Source of the DNA: Nageia nagi
Lineage: Eukaryota > Plantae > Pinophyta
NCBI GenBank assembly: GCA_050084985.1
Contig: JBITNC010000001.1
Location: forward strand, 74,214,001 to 74,278,000
Direction: 5' to 3'
Length of the DNA: 64,000 nucleotides
The position numbers and the translations under genes are program-made. The notes beneath the pieces were generated by a model. It worked only from the letters and a program-made list of their open reading frames with translations. It did not search any database and was not told the DNA's origin. Positions 1 through 13,174 of the stretch are shown in pieces (position 1 is the stretch's first letter; each line of letters starts with the position of its first letter).

Positions 1-1019
1 GGATATTAAGAGTAGTAGAGTATCTTAGTATCCATTTGAAAAATGTTATTTGTTTATTTAGTAATTACTACAAAAGTACCTTTGATTATCTTAATTTTAA
101 GATCCATCAAGTGGTATTAGATCATGTATAAGGTAACAACGTTGTTGTTGAGAGAGGTATGCCTGAACCTAGATCTTATTTATAATATTTTATTTTTTTA
201 TTTTTTAAAATACATATATTTATAGTATTACTGTAATATTTTTAGTTATTGTTATTGTTGTTAATGGTTGTAAATATCTATAGCATGTATTTATTTGAAA
301 GAATATTCTAATCCTTTGTATCTTTGTTGTAACACACTAAGCTCTTTCAATAATAGTTTGAAATCTAAAAAGTTATAGTGAAATATGGCCACATAACCCA
401 TAATAGATAGAATTCATGCTTATTTATATAGCTTCATTTGTTATTTCTATTTACTATTAAAAATAATTTCAATGGATTCTACTATGAATAACTTATTGTT
501 TAACATGAGTCTTTCAACCATTGTAATGGTGAATATTTTATTTTTGTTAGTTTAACAAAAGTTAATCTAGCTATTTTCATGGTAGACAATGTTCTTACAT
601 AAATTTTTGCATGGAAATAGGACTATTATTTCTTAATTGTACATATTAATGTGTACACAAAAATAACATGATAGTAAATTTTCATAAGTTGAATGATGCT
701 TATATTTCTATTTCCTTTATTTGATTAGTTTAAATTTTTGAAATGTTTACCAAAATGAGTAACTTTATAAGATATTACTGTGTTGCACATTTTAATAAAA
801 ATTGTTTATTTTTTTAATGTTAATGTTATAAAAAAAGAAAATGGTTTACTATTTTTAGTTTCCATTCTATACTAAAAATGGTTTTATATTTACACTGAAC
901 TCTTATGTGGAATAAATAGGCCTATGCATTGAAATAATATATGATGTAAACGTAGGCTATACCTTGGTTTATGTGATGCAACATAGTGTTATGGAGAGTA
1001 AAAATAGGTTATGTGATCA

Positions 1020-1770
1020 TATAATACTTTATGCAAACTTCATAATCCTTATGTGGTTGATTGAACCCTTGTGCCATGTAAATAATCCTTATGCATTCAA
1101 TAGCATCCTTATGCAATGAAACCAAACCTTATGCGGTTAATAAAATCTTTATGTGATGAAACCAACCCTTGTGTGGTCAATAGAATCTTGTGTGGTAAAA
1201 TCAACTCTTGTACGATAAAGCCTATGTGGAGGATAGAACCTGTGCATGTTGAAATCAACACTTATGTGGAAAATCCTATAAGGATGATAGAAACCTTATG
1301 CAATAAAAATAACTCTTATGCGGTAAAGCCTATGCTAATGATAGAACCCTTGTGTGGTTAAATCAACCCTTATTCGATAAAGCTTATGTAGTGAATAGAA
1401 CCCTTGTGCAACCAATAGAACCCTTATAATGAATCAATCCTTGTGTTGTAAAGCCTATGAGGATGAAAGAACCCTTATGTGCAGGAAGAAACCCTTATGT
1501 TGTTAAGAGAATCATTATGCAATCAATGAAAACCTCATATGGTCAATAGAACCCTTGTGCGATAAAGCCTATGTGGATGAAAGAACCTTCAATAGTGAAA
1601 AAAACCCTTGTGAAATCATTAGAACCCTTATGCCATGAAATCATCACTTGTATGGTAAAGCTATGCTAATGAAAAACCCTTATGCAGTGAAAGAAACCTT
1701 TGGGCATTAAGCCCAAAATAAGGCTTATGCAGTCAAGATGAACCTTATGTGCTAGGGATAAGGATTATCA
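1020..1770. repeat. Degenerate minisatellite, core AACCCTT(A/G)TG, unit about 18-22 bp
   Basis: Dozens of variants of aacccttatg, aacccttgtg and aagcctatg at roughly 20-bp spacing. ORF 1116..1361 is a product of this repeat. Confidence 0.85.
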
Positions 1771-2649
1771 ATAGAAATGGATCTTATGTGATAGAATGAC
1801 ACTTGTTAAATGGATTAGTTTCATGTTCAATGGTCAAATATTAATTTTTTTATATGTTAAAATTAGTTAAAAAATTTTAAAAATCCAACAAAAAAGAATG
1901 GACTAATTCTGAGCTAAAATTCAAAAGATATTTGGTTTTATGATTACCACTATTTTGGAACCTCTTTTTTATCAAACATTACAATAAATAATTCATACAA
2001 AATTCAAAATAGCTCAAAAAAATTTGAAAGTTGGTTTGTACTTTGATACACCTCCTTGCTCATGAAAAAATTTACCAAAAAAATTATAACTTCATTTTCT
2101 AATTTTCTAGAAAAATGGCCAAAAGTTCATTTTTCTAGATCTTTTGTTTTGGGCTACAAATGGCCAAAATATCAATTTTTTATCACTCTTTTGTAAAGTT
2201 TTTTGAAAAATTGAATTCCTAATTTTTGGCTAGCCCATACTAAAAGTTAGTAATTTTTTCTACATTTTCAGATTTTATTGAAATTTCTACATATTGAAAT
2301 AAATTGAAATGGGTTTCCAAAACTATCATTTGTTTCTAATAATTCCTCATAAATAATATTTTACAAGCTTTTGAGTTTCTTTTGAAAATTGTACAAATTA
2401 CTATTAAAACCATAACTATAATTTTTTTAAAGAGGCATATTATGCATTCTTCTATGATCTACTTTTTAAAATAAATTACTAAAATGTAATTATTGATAGA
2501 TCTTAAATCATTTATTATGAAGGAAATATAGTTCATAATTGTAATCAAATATTACAAGATGATAATAACTAGTTAAAAAAATTCATCCTTTATGTTTGCC
2601 TAAACCTATCAATAATTGAATCTTGTATCTTTCACAGAAAAGTGGTAGA

Positions 2650-5358
2650 AAATGTGTTATGTTTCTCTCTTAAGTATATATTGGATGGCACCAATTATGG
2701 CATATGGGATCTTAGAATGATAACTGAATTCTAGGCCAAATAATTATGGAAAGTTGTTAATGGAGAAGAAGTTGTAATTGTTTAGCCAAGGGCTCTTGAA
2801 GCCTATAATTTGAAACATCAGTAAGCTTTATCTATGATATTCAAGGCTGTGTATGATGAGATCCTTATGATTATTTCTTATTTTGATAATTCTAACAATG
2901 TTTGAGCTTTATTGAGGAAAATATATCTTTGATCCGATCAAACAAGAAAATTTACCTTATTGTCCAAAATTTTCAACACCACACAATATGAGAATGAAAT
3001 TATTGTTGTACTTTTGGCAAGGATGAAAGACATAAGGACTCAACTCATGGCTTGCAATTATGATTGATTAAATGAAAATATTTTGTGTTTCATTATTTTA
3101 AGGAATCATTTTGAGAAATTTACCAATTTTGTGGATATTCTCAACACAAGAGTTAATCAATGAGAAGCTATGACTCTTGAGTCTTTTTCTAAGATCTTAA
3201 TTCAACATTAAAGTACTCCAAATCTAAGCAAATTGAAACTTGAAATATTTTTAAGGAACCAAATATTGCTCTCATTGTTTTAAAGAAATATTTCAATAAG
3301 AAAGAGAACTATAAGCAAAAGAAAGAAAACAAGAATCAACCAATCAAGAAGAAATATCAAACTAGATAAAGAAATGATCAAAACTAGCAAGCAAGTAATA
3401 ACAACAAAAATAATGCTTATGTTCAAAATCCAAAGTTTGATGGTAACTATAACTTTTATGGTATTTATGTTCATAAGGAAAAAACTTATTATAAGTAGAA
3501 CAACAAAAATAGAAACTTTTATGGAAAGAAAAATTACAAACTGAAAAAAAATAATGTAACTAGAAAAACCATGAATAAAGAAGTTTCATTTGCTTATGTT
3601 TCTTGTCTTTACTCTAATCATAATTTTATTTCTAATGAATGGATTCTTGATTCTAGCTACACACAACATATGAGTTATCAAAAATAAAATTTTCAATTTT
3701 TTCATAAACAAAGATTTGATTATGTTATTATTGGTGATAATAATAAACTATAAGTTTTTAGAATTGGGAGTGTTTGCATTAATGAAAGAATTTTGGACAA
3801 TGTTTTATTTATTTTTTGATCTTAAAAGGAATTTATCATTAGCCTTATATATTGCAATGAGGGTTATATTATTGAATTAATAGGAGTTGGTTGGAATATT
3901 AAAAAGTGAACTACAACTATTGTCTTAAGAATAATCAACAATAATTTATATATTATGACTAAATCAACTCTAAAACATTATCTTGTTGTGATATTTTCTC
4001 AAAAACTAGTTTATGGCATCAAAGGATTGGACACATCAACTACAATAAATTACAAATTATGAAGAAAGGAAATCTTACGCATGGCTTGCCTTCAATAACA
4101 ACTGACATGGGTCTATGTGAAAATTGTATACTAGGAAAGATGAGTAGAAAAAAATTTAATAAAGATAATATAATAAAAGCAAATTAGACTCTACAACCTT
4201 TGCATACTTACTTAATGGGTCTGTTTCAAGTAAAATCTCTTAAAGGCCATTCATATGCACTAGCTTTTATAGATGATTACAACATAATAACTTTTTTATA
4301 TTTTCTGAAAAATAAATTAGATTGTTTTGAAAAGTTTGTTGAAAATTGAATTGATTACAAGATTAAAATGCTCTAATCTAATAATGGAGAAGAATACATA
4401 AGTAATGAATTTCATGATTTTTGCTCTAATATTGGTATAAAACATCAATTCTCTATTTCTTACATTTCTTAGTAGAATGGAGTAGTTGAAAGGAAAAATA
4501 GATCCATTATGGATATGGCAAGGTGTATGTTGTGATCTTTCAAAATTCTTGTGGGCAGAGGTAGTAAACATAGCAGTCTACATACTTAATAGACATCCAA
4601 CTAAAGCAATAGATGAAAAATCTTCTTTTGAAGCTTGAACTAGTAAGAAGCCAACTCTTTCTCATTTTAAAATCTTTTTGTGTTTGTGTAATCTTTTGTA
4701 GTATTAGAAAAGAGAAATAAATTGGATAATAGATTAGAGAAATATATTTTTATTATTTAGGATGATCAACATAAAGCATATAGAGTTTATTTTCCATTCT
4801 CTAGATAATTAAAAGTGGTAAGGGATATTAAATTTGATAAGTAATCTTTAATATCCAATTTCAATGATAATGTTATTATTGAGAATGTTCTAAAGAAGCC
4901 CAAATGACTTATACAAACTTTAAGATATTTTCTATTACAATAAATATTCCCAACCATAAAGTTACAAGAAGCATGATATCCAATACATGTCTTTACTAGC
5001 CAAAATACAATCACAAGATAAGCATCAGTCCTTCAATGAAGTAACTCAAAATCCTCATTGGGTAGAAGCTATGAAATCTATAATTTATACACTATTAAAA
5101 AATGAAGCTTGGGAATTAGTTCCTCCTCCATCCAATATAAATATTATTGGTAATAACTGGATGTTCAAAATTAAGTACAATTCAAATGGTAATATAAAGA
5201 AATACAAAGTCAAACTTGTAGCTAAGGGATTTATACAAAAGCATGGAATCGATTATATTGAAATCTTTGCTCCTATAGCTAAAATGTCAATTGTTAGATT
5301 GATTATTGCTCTTATTATTGCTTAAAATCAAAATATATTCCAATTGGATGTTAAGTCT
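2650..5358 (+). mobile_element. Degenerate Ty1/Copia internal region (gag-PR-INT-start of RT), 3' truncated
   Basis: LDGTNYGIWDLRM gag start (~2680); WILDS protease (~3640); LWHQRIGH..CENCILGK GAG-pre-integrase (~4010-4140); NGVVERKN integrase (~4480); ORF 4987..5325 WELVP..WMFKIK..KYKVKLVAKGF (RVT_2), ending at QLDVKS. Many stops and frameshifts. Confidence 0.9.
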
Positions 5359-6755
5359 TAAATATTTATACTTAAAAATAAAAGGAGATTACATAACAAT
5401 AAACCAAATGCAAGTGTAACAAGTCAACAATAAAGAAATACCAAATTTGTAGAACTACCACATAATATTTTATTAAGTGCAAAGAGAAACATACATTCTA
5501 GAGTCAATTATGTAAGGAGGAGGATTCACTCTAGTAAGTAAAAACTAATAGAGCTACAATATTGAAGAGAATAGTACAATCTCATATGATGACATGCAAA
5601 AGATTACAAAATGGAGAGTATCCTATACTTTCCTCTCACCTGAACTACCTTATTTAAAATATTTTCCAAAAAGGTTCTAAAAATATGCTTTTGTAGTTAC
5701 AAAAACTAAAAATAGGCTATCATTGTTACAAAAACTAAATATGCAATTAATATACCAAAAATAGCATATCCTTCAATTCATAGGTAGTGCAATAGTAGGA
5801 GATCCAAAAAATAGAAATACTAATAATGTAGGCATGCACCCATAAGATCACTACTTTACAATCTCCCCCTTGATCAAAATGGGGTGCACTCTAAGGTAAA
5901 TTCTAGCAAAAATGTTCTTTGGCCAAGGCTTTAGTGAAGATGTCTACAAACTAATCACTAGTACAATAATATTAAAATTGAAGAAAGCCATCTTCCACCA
6001 ACCCTCTTATGAAATGATTCCTAATATCAATATATTTGGACCTATTATGAAACACTAGATTTTTCATCATTGTAATGGTACTTGCATTATAACAATGGAT
6101 ATAAATGGGAAATCCAAGATCCATACCAAGCTCACCAAACAACCTCTCTAGCCAAATAGCTTGTGCTCAAGTTGAAGATGCAATAATATACTCTACCTTT
6201 GATATAGAAGGAGCCATTGTTTCTTATTTATTGCTATTCCAAGAAAGGAGACACTCACCAAAGAAGAAAGAAATACCTGGAGTTACTCTTCTTATCATCA
6301 AAATAACCTACCTAATTAACATCTATATAGGCTGTAAGATTATTAGTCTCACTAGATTTATACAAAAACCCATAGGTATTCATTCTAATAACATATCAAA
6401 GAATTTATTTGGCACCATTCTAATGATAATCATGAGGAGACTACATGAACCTAACTACCAAACTCACAACATACATAATGTCTGGCCTTGTGGGAGTCAA
6501 GTACATAAAAATACCAACTAAATATCTTTACAAAGTGGCATCAACAAGAGGAGAGGGATCCTCTTTCATTTGTATATGACCAATAATAAGAGGAGTATCA
6601 ATAGAGTAACATTCTCTCATGCCAAAATTAGTAAGCATATATTCAACATACATGGACTATGAAATGAAATTTCCAGAAGAGGATTGTTGAAATTGCATGA
6701 TAAGAAAATATCTCATCTCCTCTAAGTCACTCATCTCAAATTCATTAACCATGAA
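5349..6755 (-). mobile_element. 3' part of a Copia element: late RT, RNase H, PPT and 3' LTR
   Basis: Minus strand gives EFEMSDL..YFL (RT) and VFHNRSKYIDIRNHFIR..DIFTKAL (RNase H). PPT agggggaga at 5862-5870 abuts an LTR starting TGT at 5860 and running to about 5349. Confidence 0.85.
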
Positions 6756-6759
6756 GTGA

Positions 6760-7051
6760 AAGGAAGATCCTCACACTCTGCATAGGGTCCATTGCCTCCA
6801 CATGGATGTTGTCATGAATCATAATAGTTAGTGATATGCAAGTATAGCCTTTGCCAACTTGGCTAGTGAATATACATCTTTTAGAGTTGGTGGATTAAAT
6901 ATGACTACATTATTTTTGACTTCTACCCTTAATCCATTAGTGAATAAATGAAGGGTTAATTTCATATCTATCACATAGTCATCACAAAAACCTTCAAAAT
7001 CATCAATATAGTTGTGCACATAATCAATATGAAATGGTGGAGCAATAGTAT

Positions 7052-7113
<62 letters not shown>

Positions 7114-8399
7114 CTAATCTAAATATCCTAATTTAGAGTGTCCAATAGGTCTTGTTCACAACCTCAAAATGGGACCTCTTTACAAAAAATTGAAAAAAGG
7201 TGTAATATCAAGAAACCTTCCGAATGCCATAACTTTTTGTACAGGTATTTAATTGATGGCAATGATACACCATTGGAAATATCTTGATGAGAGCATGCAA
7301 AAATATTCATCACATGAACCCCTTTGGACCAATAATGACTGCCCAAAAGCTAAAATAAGAAACACACATCATTACAGAAATTAAAGATGAAACTCCACAA
7401 ATTGAAATGATGACATTGTTGCTTTAAGCCTTCCAATATCTGATTAAACACTCTAACATGCAATTTATCCCTAATACTATATGATACTAGTGTGAAAAAC
7501 CCAAATACTCATAAGCCCTTATTTAAGCCTACAAAAACTTACACATTTTGGATCTCACCCTTTTCTATCCTGACAACTAGATCTGCAAATGTTAGGGTTT
7601 CTCTTTGACCTACCACCAAACCATGATTATGAATATCATCTACCATATCATAAACATAAAGTTGTATGCACCCCAAAAACTAGATCTAGCCTCCCTTGGC
7701 ATTTTCTTCATGGGATCTTCCTCCAAATGCTCATGCATAGCCTCAAATCCTCTTGAGATGTCTTCTACCAATAAAACTATTGCACATACATTCTATGATT
7801 GGATTTGCTTTCACTCACAAGCTTCTACTATGAATCTCCCATAAATCTACCAAAAAGACAAAAAGGGCTTGCACTGCATAAATCCACCCATGCAAGCAAA
7901 ACCACTCAAAACTCCAAAATCACTCAACAAAAAAAATCACTCATAGATAATAAAAACCACTCACATTAACAATAAAACTACCCATAAGAGCCAAAATCAA
8001 AGCTTTGATATAATATATTAAGATCTTAACAGATCATAATTGGATTATGACTTAATCTTATTAAAAAACACTAATTCTACACTTATGAATCACTTGTGTC
8101 ACTTCAAGGAGGGCTCCTCCTTGAGAATCACTTCTCACATAAAGCTCAACTCATTCTTCTTCTTCCTATTTCAATAATAGGAAAACCCCCTATAAATAGC
8201 TTTTACAACATATGTAACCCAATGCATAGTTCATATGGAACTAAACACAAGTCCTATTCCTAATACATTTTATGGGATCATAACACACACTTAATATAAT
8301 ATAATCCTAAACTATATTTATTAATGAACTGTAGTTTTCTTTTACTTTGATTCTACATTCACACCATTCAAATTTACTTTAAGGTCTCCAATCCTAACA
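6760..8399 (-). mobile_element. 5' remnant of a Gypsy element: LTR, decayed PBS and gag fragment
   Basis: ORF 6828..7058 (FTNGLRVEVKNNV..PPTLKDVYSLA) is the C-terminal part of a gag capsid. PBS-like ttatatcaaagct near 8002-8014. LTR-like segment about 8015-8399 begins TGTTAGG on the minus strand. Confidence 0.6.
7057..7110. repeat. (AT)n microsatellite
   Basis: Pure AT run. Confidence 0.98.
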
Positions 8400-9040
8400 T
8401 AATATATTATTAATTAATCAATACTCTAAATGGATAAATGAGGCTTATTCAATATATTAAGAAGATATATCTCAATATATTCTCTAAGTATGATCATATT
8501 TTGGAAACAAGGCATGTCAAAACTTAATTATTTTATAAGGAATAGAGTACATCATATCATGCATAGGACCTTACTTTGCAAATAATAAGATATCTCATTA
8601 ATTCACTAGATAAGGGATCTATAATTACATCAAATTTAATATGATTATCACCATTGATTATGGTCATACTTAGGAATATTTCTTGTCTTAAATAATATCT
8701 TTCACATGTTAATGCCTCATCATACTTGGGGTATCAAATTAGTATATATTATTATTGTACAATTTACAATAACCATATTTACATAAGTATTGTCAACTTT
8801 GAAGGGGTCTTTATCACCATCCTTATCCTTGATGAATGTCCATCAATTTACCATTATCCTCGATCATGCACCTAGTAAAGAGAAACAAGATTATATAGTG
8901 TTGAGTACTAAGATTGGGTGAGAGTATACTGAGGATTAGGATATCTCTTTTTCAATTGATGATATGTATCCTACTTGTAAATTCTTCATATCTCTATCCA
9001 TTTTTTTAAAATAATATTATTATAGGTAGTAAAACAACAA

Positions 9041-9250
9041 TTACTCCTTCTTAGGTCTCAATAGGATTTAAGTCTTATTTAATACTAGCTATCTTCCTTG
9101 ATCATGGAGTCAAACAAAAATTCAAATTATCATCATTCATCATCCTCAATAATAATTTCAAGCAATATCATTCCAAATCAATACTCCATTAGGATCTCGA
9201 TAGGATTTAGGTCTTATTAAAAGACTACCTATCCTCTTCTATCATGGAGT
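9041..9250. repeat. Diverged direct repeat, ~70-bp core at ~140-bp spacing
   Basis: tactcc..tctc(a/g)ataggattta(a/g)gtcttatt..atcatggagt occurs at ~9042 and ~9182. Confidence 0.7.
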
Positions 9251-10063
9251 TTAACTATGTCATAATTAACAACAAAGATGATCATCATCATTAAAATATC
9301 TTATCTATATCAAGGATAGAATTAAATATAATGATCACTTCTAAACTCAATTCCAGTAAAATCAATATAGTAATTTCATATATCAACCAATTTTCTTCAA
9401 ACCCCAAGTAATAAACTCACACTTTAGAATTACTATTAAGTTGTAGCCATTATTTATTACTGAAAAATGCACACTTCAAAATCTTATAAAATAAAGTAAC
9501 TATCTTAATACAAATCTATCATTTTAATAACTTTATCTTGTCTCTAAAGCAATAATCCATGACTAGTGTTATTATTATTATTATTTTAACATTATTTATT
9601 TATTATTAGATCCTCAACGATATCATGGATTGTATTATATTAGAATACACTAGTGACTTAGTCACTTATTTGTAACATGGGTTCCAAAAGTTAATGTAAA
9701 ATATAGTTTCTTATTATCTTTTTTGCTGATGTGAACAAGACAAAAAGGGTCAGGCTATGGTTATCTACAAAAATACATTCCATTTGCTTCACTTCCTTTA
9801 TTCCTTTTTGTATTCTTAATTAGGGTGAGATAGGAGTATAATATCATTCACTCCTTCCATTCTAACTTATATGATGTGAGGATGGTTCAACCATATCACT
9901 ACTTGATTTCTTCATGTTCTTGGAATACATGGTTTGGGGAAAAAATGTTAATATCATTTCATGAAGCATATTAGAGTAGGAAAAGAAAATAATAAGTCAT
10001 CTCTAGATGTCTAAAACTATACTAATACAAAGTTGGCTTCTGTACGTTGGCTAATGAGTAGTA

Positions 10064-10682
10064 GGCATTGTCTATCCAATCTTCTAAATGTCTCTTAAAA
10101 ATTGTGCTCCTATTAGACTTTTTAGAAATTTTCTGGTGATCTGACAAGGCATTTATTCAATCAATATCTAGGGGGAATTTATTCAAACCAATGCCCTGGG
10201 AGAATTGATTCAACAAATGCCTTGGGGGCATTGATTTAATGAATGCTCCTTGGAGCATTGATTCAACAAATGCCCCTAAGATGTAAATAAAAATTTTGGG
10301 ACTTAAATGGTTTTGATGAAATGCTAGATGGTATAGTGGTTAGAACATTGAACTACAAGGTAGGTAGTCACAAGTTTGAATCTTAGTAGTCATTTTTGAA
10401 CATTTGACACTTAGAATATTTTTTGCAAATTTCAGGGTATTGATTGAATCAATGCCCTTAGGGATATTCGTTGAATCAATGCCCAATCGAGCATGATTTT
10501 TGTAAATTTTAGAAGAATTCGTTGAATCAATTCCCAAGGGCATTCATTGAATCAATGCTTTTGGAGGAATTCATTGAATCAATGTTCAATCAGAAACATT
10601 TCAAAATGAGAATACCTAAACTTATAGGTCTAATACAAGCACGAATTTTAAAATGCATTTAGAAGGCTGGATAGACAATGCT
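10064..10682. mobile_element. Non-autonomous TIR DNA transposon, Mutator/MULE-like
   Basis: TIRs of ~55 bp (ggcattgtctatccaatcttctaaatg... and ...catttagaaggctggatagacaatgct). 9-bp TSD tgagtagt(a/g) at 10055-10063 and 10683-10691. Mirror-oriented subterminal arrays of gcattgattcaa and ttgaatcaatgc. Confidence 0.85.
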
Positions 10683-11874
10683 TGAGTAGTGTGGACACTA
10701 CAGGTGAACACATTAATAGGCTAGACCAGAATAGAACATCGAGAGATTTAGCTTATGGGAGAGCAAGCAAAAACTAGAGGGTCAAAGAAATTTTAGGCGA
10801 ACATTATATGAAAAGGGGAATAGATAAGGTAATGAGGCCACCTTATCTCGTGCACGTGACAAACTTGACTAAAGAAACGTATTTCTATCTGAACAAATTC
10901 ATGTTGGAATGGATCGGACTATAGACAGATAAGGGAAAATAGCACCCATCTTCATGAGAGTTTGTAGTTCAATAATTAGTTTCTTCTGTCCGTAACTTGA
11001 TGTAGATTGATATTCGAAGAGTTTTACATACTTGGAGGCTTAAATAAAGTCTAGTAGTGTGATCAAGAGGAGCTACTACAATCAACCAGACTAAAGTTTA
11101 GGATCAGGTCTTTGCCTATTTTCTCAATGATTATCATTTGATCACAAGAATTTTAAACTCATTTTAGGATCACCTTCTAAGATTACCATTTACAGTCATA
11201 TTTGAAAAAGGAGATTACTGAGTCTTACTTCTAACAACTCCAAAAGAAAATAACCTCGTCTTCCCTAAACTCCGTAATCCACCATTATCCCTTTTTTCCA
11301 TGACTTAAGGATTTGAAACATAGCAAGGAGAAAGGTTTGGAAGGTAACCATATACAGGGCACTATCACTGATATGATTCTCCAGCATAGGGAGGGCGCAA
11401 GATTTTACTATCGTTGCCATGAGGGTGGCCACCTTCTCTCATTTCAAGACCATTCCCAGAGAATAACATTCATCGAGCATCTATCTCCCGAGACTCATCA
11501 GGGCCACGTCAGCATTGTTGTAAGCATATAGCCGGACGAAGTCACCTATAATATATTTTTGAATACATTTGTAGTAGAGTTTCATATGGTTTTATAAAAC
11601 ATTTGAAAGCTTACGCTTCTTAATCGAATACACTACTTCCGCTCTTAACTTATCAAATCCTCTCCAAACTAATTATGCCAAGAGGCGTTTCTACAGCTGT
11701 AGCATGGGGTGGGGTGGAGTGGGGGAGCAAAATGTCGCATGTGAGTCCGTCTGTTAAACAATTGGCGGGAAAATAATTTTTTTAAAATTAAAATTATATA
11801 GCAGAATAAAATATTAAAAGACACATCTTTTCAAAAATTATTATATAAATGGAAGAAAGAATATCAAACATCAT

Positions 11875-12630
11875 ATGCTCCAGAAGGCCAAGGGTGTGGG
11901 CCTTCCCAATTTCTTGCCCCGTCAAGTGTTTCTGTATCTCTTGCAGGATATGGTGGAAGAAGCGTCTCCGAGGAGCGTAGCCCTCCCCTCTGATGTTTGG
12001 GATTACTTGGAAAAGGCAATCTGTCATGTTATTGATATGTACTGCAACTGCTATCCTCAGCTACAGTCTCGTGTGAAGCGAGTAATGCAGAGCCTGATAC
12101 TTGAGAAGAAGAACGAATGCATACAGCGCGTGAATGAAACCATCGAGATGGAGAAAGGCATAGATTTCACTATCAGCCCTGAGTACATGGTAGCCTACGC
12201 CAAATTGCTTGGATCCAAGGTCCAGTTCATGCAAAGGCTGAGCACCCTTGTTTATCAGACTAACAATGGTGGTTCTGCTAGGTATACTCTGAGCCCTGGT
12301 TTCGATTCAGAGAAGAAGACGGTGGTTTTGGATGAGGTCGGAGAAATGGAGGTTGCCGACATCATGAGCACGCCTCCCACGACATGAGTTCTGGCCTACT
12401 GGAAAGTGGTGATTTTGAGATTGGGAGATGGTAAAATCTGCATCTCCAATATGTCTGCAGAATATTGGTGGATAGCGAGTTCGAGGAGCACATTCTGAGA
12501 AATGTAGATGGAGAGAATAATGCAGTAAACCCCGGCCGTTGCGGGCAGACGGAAGATTTTGTTGAGCAGCGTTCAACTATTGAGAGGCGCCAAGGCCGCC
12601 GATGACAACATCTCAGAGAGTGGTTGAAAG
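11875..12630 (+). pseudogene. Dynamin-related protein 4 (DRP4/Mx-like) fragment: middle domain plus broken GED, no GTPase domain
   Basis: AKGVGLPNFLPR..VWDYLE..YPQLQS..IEMEK..DFTISPEY matches the plant DRP4 stalk. After the TGA at 12385-12387 the frame continues VLAYWKVVILRLGDG (GED motif), then frameshifts. AT-rich non-coding DNA lies upstream. Confidence 0.85.
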
Positions 12631-13010
12631 AAGTTGCGAATATGAGAGTAGCTCCTCCATGCGAATATGAGAGTAGCTCCTCCTTTCTCCTTTTTTGCTG
12701 AGTACATATATCTATGTATTTGTCCTTTTCCGCTGATTACATATATTTATGTATTTCTCCGTAGTATATAAACAAAATAACTATGTTTTATATTTTGTTT
12801 CTTTAATTTTTATTTTGAAAAGATTAGAGTTTAATCTGATTTGTGGTTGAGTTGGTCATGTGTTGATCCAGTTGCATTTGTATCTTGTATTTCATATTTT
12901 ATTTTTACTATTAGACATACATATTATGTCAAGTTTACTACATACTATGTGCAGTCATCTCATAGACAGGTTGATCTAAACATATTTTACATTTGCCTTT
13001 ACCTTTTTTC

Positions 13011-13174
13011 TAAACTAGCTTTGATATAACCCCTTATATATCAAAAAACGCCGAGAGATATCATTTCGAGGTGCCTATCTCATTTCTTGGTATTGCTATA
13101 TTCAAGATAGACGCCTCGAAATGATATCTCTCGGCGTTTTTTGATATATAAAGGGTTATATCAAAGCTAGTTTA
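13011..13174. repeat. Near-perfect inverted repeat: 70-bp arms, 24-nt loop (MITE or small-RNA hairpin)
   Basis: 13011-13080 is the reverse complement of 13105-13174 with 3 mismatches. Confidence 0.95.

Noticed and set aside
1020-1770. CRISPR-like array
   Set aside because: Degenerate tandem units with no unique spacers and no cas genes, in a eukaryotic context.
3280-3474. Hydrophobic 'membrane protein' ORFs here and at 29797, 49183, 58663-58900 and 59220
   Set aside because: Compositional artefacts of AT-rich or antisense TE sequence.
11706-11727. G-quadruplex candidate ggggtggggtggagtggggg
   Set aside because: Only three full G tracts and no other support.
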